From assembly GCF_006345805.1 (NCBI RefSeq), contig NC_042997.1:116684001-116748000 (forward strand): a stretch of DNA of 64,000 nt, in the 5' to 3' direction. Source of the stretch: Octopus sinensis. Its lineage: Eukaryota. A program made the position numbers and the translations under genes. Positions 63,190 to 64,000 of the stretch are shown here, piece after piece (the stretch's first letter is position 1; each line of letters starts with the position of its first letter). The notes beneath the pieces are model-generated. The model was not told the DNA's origin and searched no databases. It was given only the letters and a program-made list of their open reading frames with translations.

Positions 63190-63390
63190 AATTTTCATCA
63201 TGCTGACCCATTAATGCCGGCACAGTTTTCTCTGTTTTTTCTTTCTTTTCATTCTCTCTCCGTTTTTTCTTCTTAATTCTTTCTGTGAAAGAGCGTATGC
63301 TCGAAACGTAAAAGACTTTTCCATTCTTCGCGAGCGTTAAATTAATACACCTGTTTGTTGTTTCAACTTACATCTTTTGTCTTCTGTAAA
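63190..63390 (+). mobile_element. Probable PLE pLTR remnant with a decayed minimal hammerhead
   Basis: TCTTT-CTG(-)TGA-AA-GAGC-GTAT-GCTC-GAAA-CG-TA|AAAGA at 63278-63315 (A6 missing); between (CA)n and (TA)n. Confidence 0.55.
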
Positions 63391-63393
63391 TAT

Positions 63394-63455
<62 letters not shown>

Positions 63456-64000
63456 TGTATGTATGTATGTATGTATGTATGTATGTATGTATGTATGTAT
63501 GTATGTATGTATGTATGTATGTATGTATTATCAATGTCACATGTTTAATGTATTTGTGTTCTTAAACGTTTCGGATTGCAGTATTTCGTCAAAGGGAACT
63601 CCTTTTAAAGACGTACAGAGTTAGAAAAAGTACCCTGCCTAGGAAAAGGAAATCTATAAGTAAAACCAACCGCGGAACTGAAATAGCAAGTTGGTGTCTG
63701 GCGCGGGATAAATTTACCTCATGGCTCGGGGGAAGTCTTAAGCCTTGGACGACAATCTCCCCTGAGATGGGGTCTCGTATGTAAAATACCAGGATGTAGG
63801 ACTGGCGATCCATTTTTGTATCAGCTACCGAAAGAATCACCATGATGTCCACTTGCAGATTTCGAGTCTCTGTTCAGTTCCAAATACTTACTTTGTTTCC
63901 CATGAAACATATGACCAGCAACCTCTAAACGCTTTAGAGCAGGGTATTTTCAAGAGGTAGATGTAGATACAAGAACAATATCCCTCAAGCTAAAGCAGAA

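Noticed and set aside
63589-63960. Possible LINE apurinic endonuclease N-terminus on the minus strand
   Set aside because: Fragmentary WN/VDI hints only; window ends before it can be confirmed
1-64000. Prokaryotic or viral origin, or a host protein-coding gene
   Set aside because: Microsatellite and SINE saturation indicates animal intergenic or intronic DNA; no exon could be supported, though short exons could be missed

Overview
AT-rich, microsatellite-saturated eukaryotic DNA with no recognisable host protein-coding exon, rRNA or true tRNA gene. The SINE and microsatellite make-up resembles an Octopus-like cephalopod genome (inference from recalled repeat families, not a database search). 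Nearly all listed ORFs are microsatellite translations. The real content is transposable elements: three tRNA-derived SINE families (often multimeric), non-autonomous Helitrons, decayed mariner, maT/rosa-like and Chapaev3-like DNA transposons, RTE and R4/Dong-like LINE fragments, and several Penelope-like element (PLE) remnants. The most notable signal is a family of type I hammerhead ribozymes (HHRs) with palindromic stem III, on elements nested in (TA)n/(TATG)n tracts. These are a 4.2-kb head-to-head PLE foldback with an intact HHR in each arm (23.5-27.7 kb), a 1.05-kb non-coding retrozyme-like element with two tandem HHRs whose inverted arm starts exactly at the predicted self-cleavage site (48.3-49.4 kb), an intact HHR on a small insert (55.97-56.06 kb), a candidate core-variant HHR with a swapped G3-C8 pair (48.1 kb), and several decayed copies. 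All RNA folds were done by eye, and many element boundaries are approximate.
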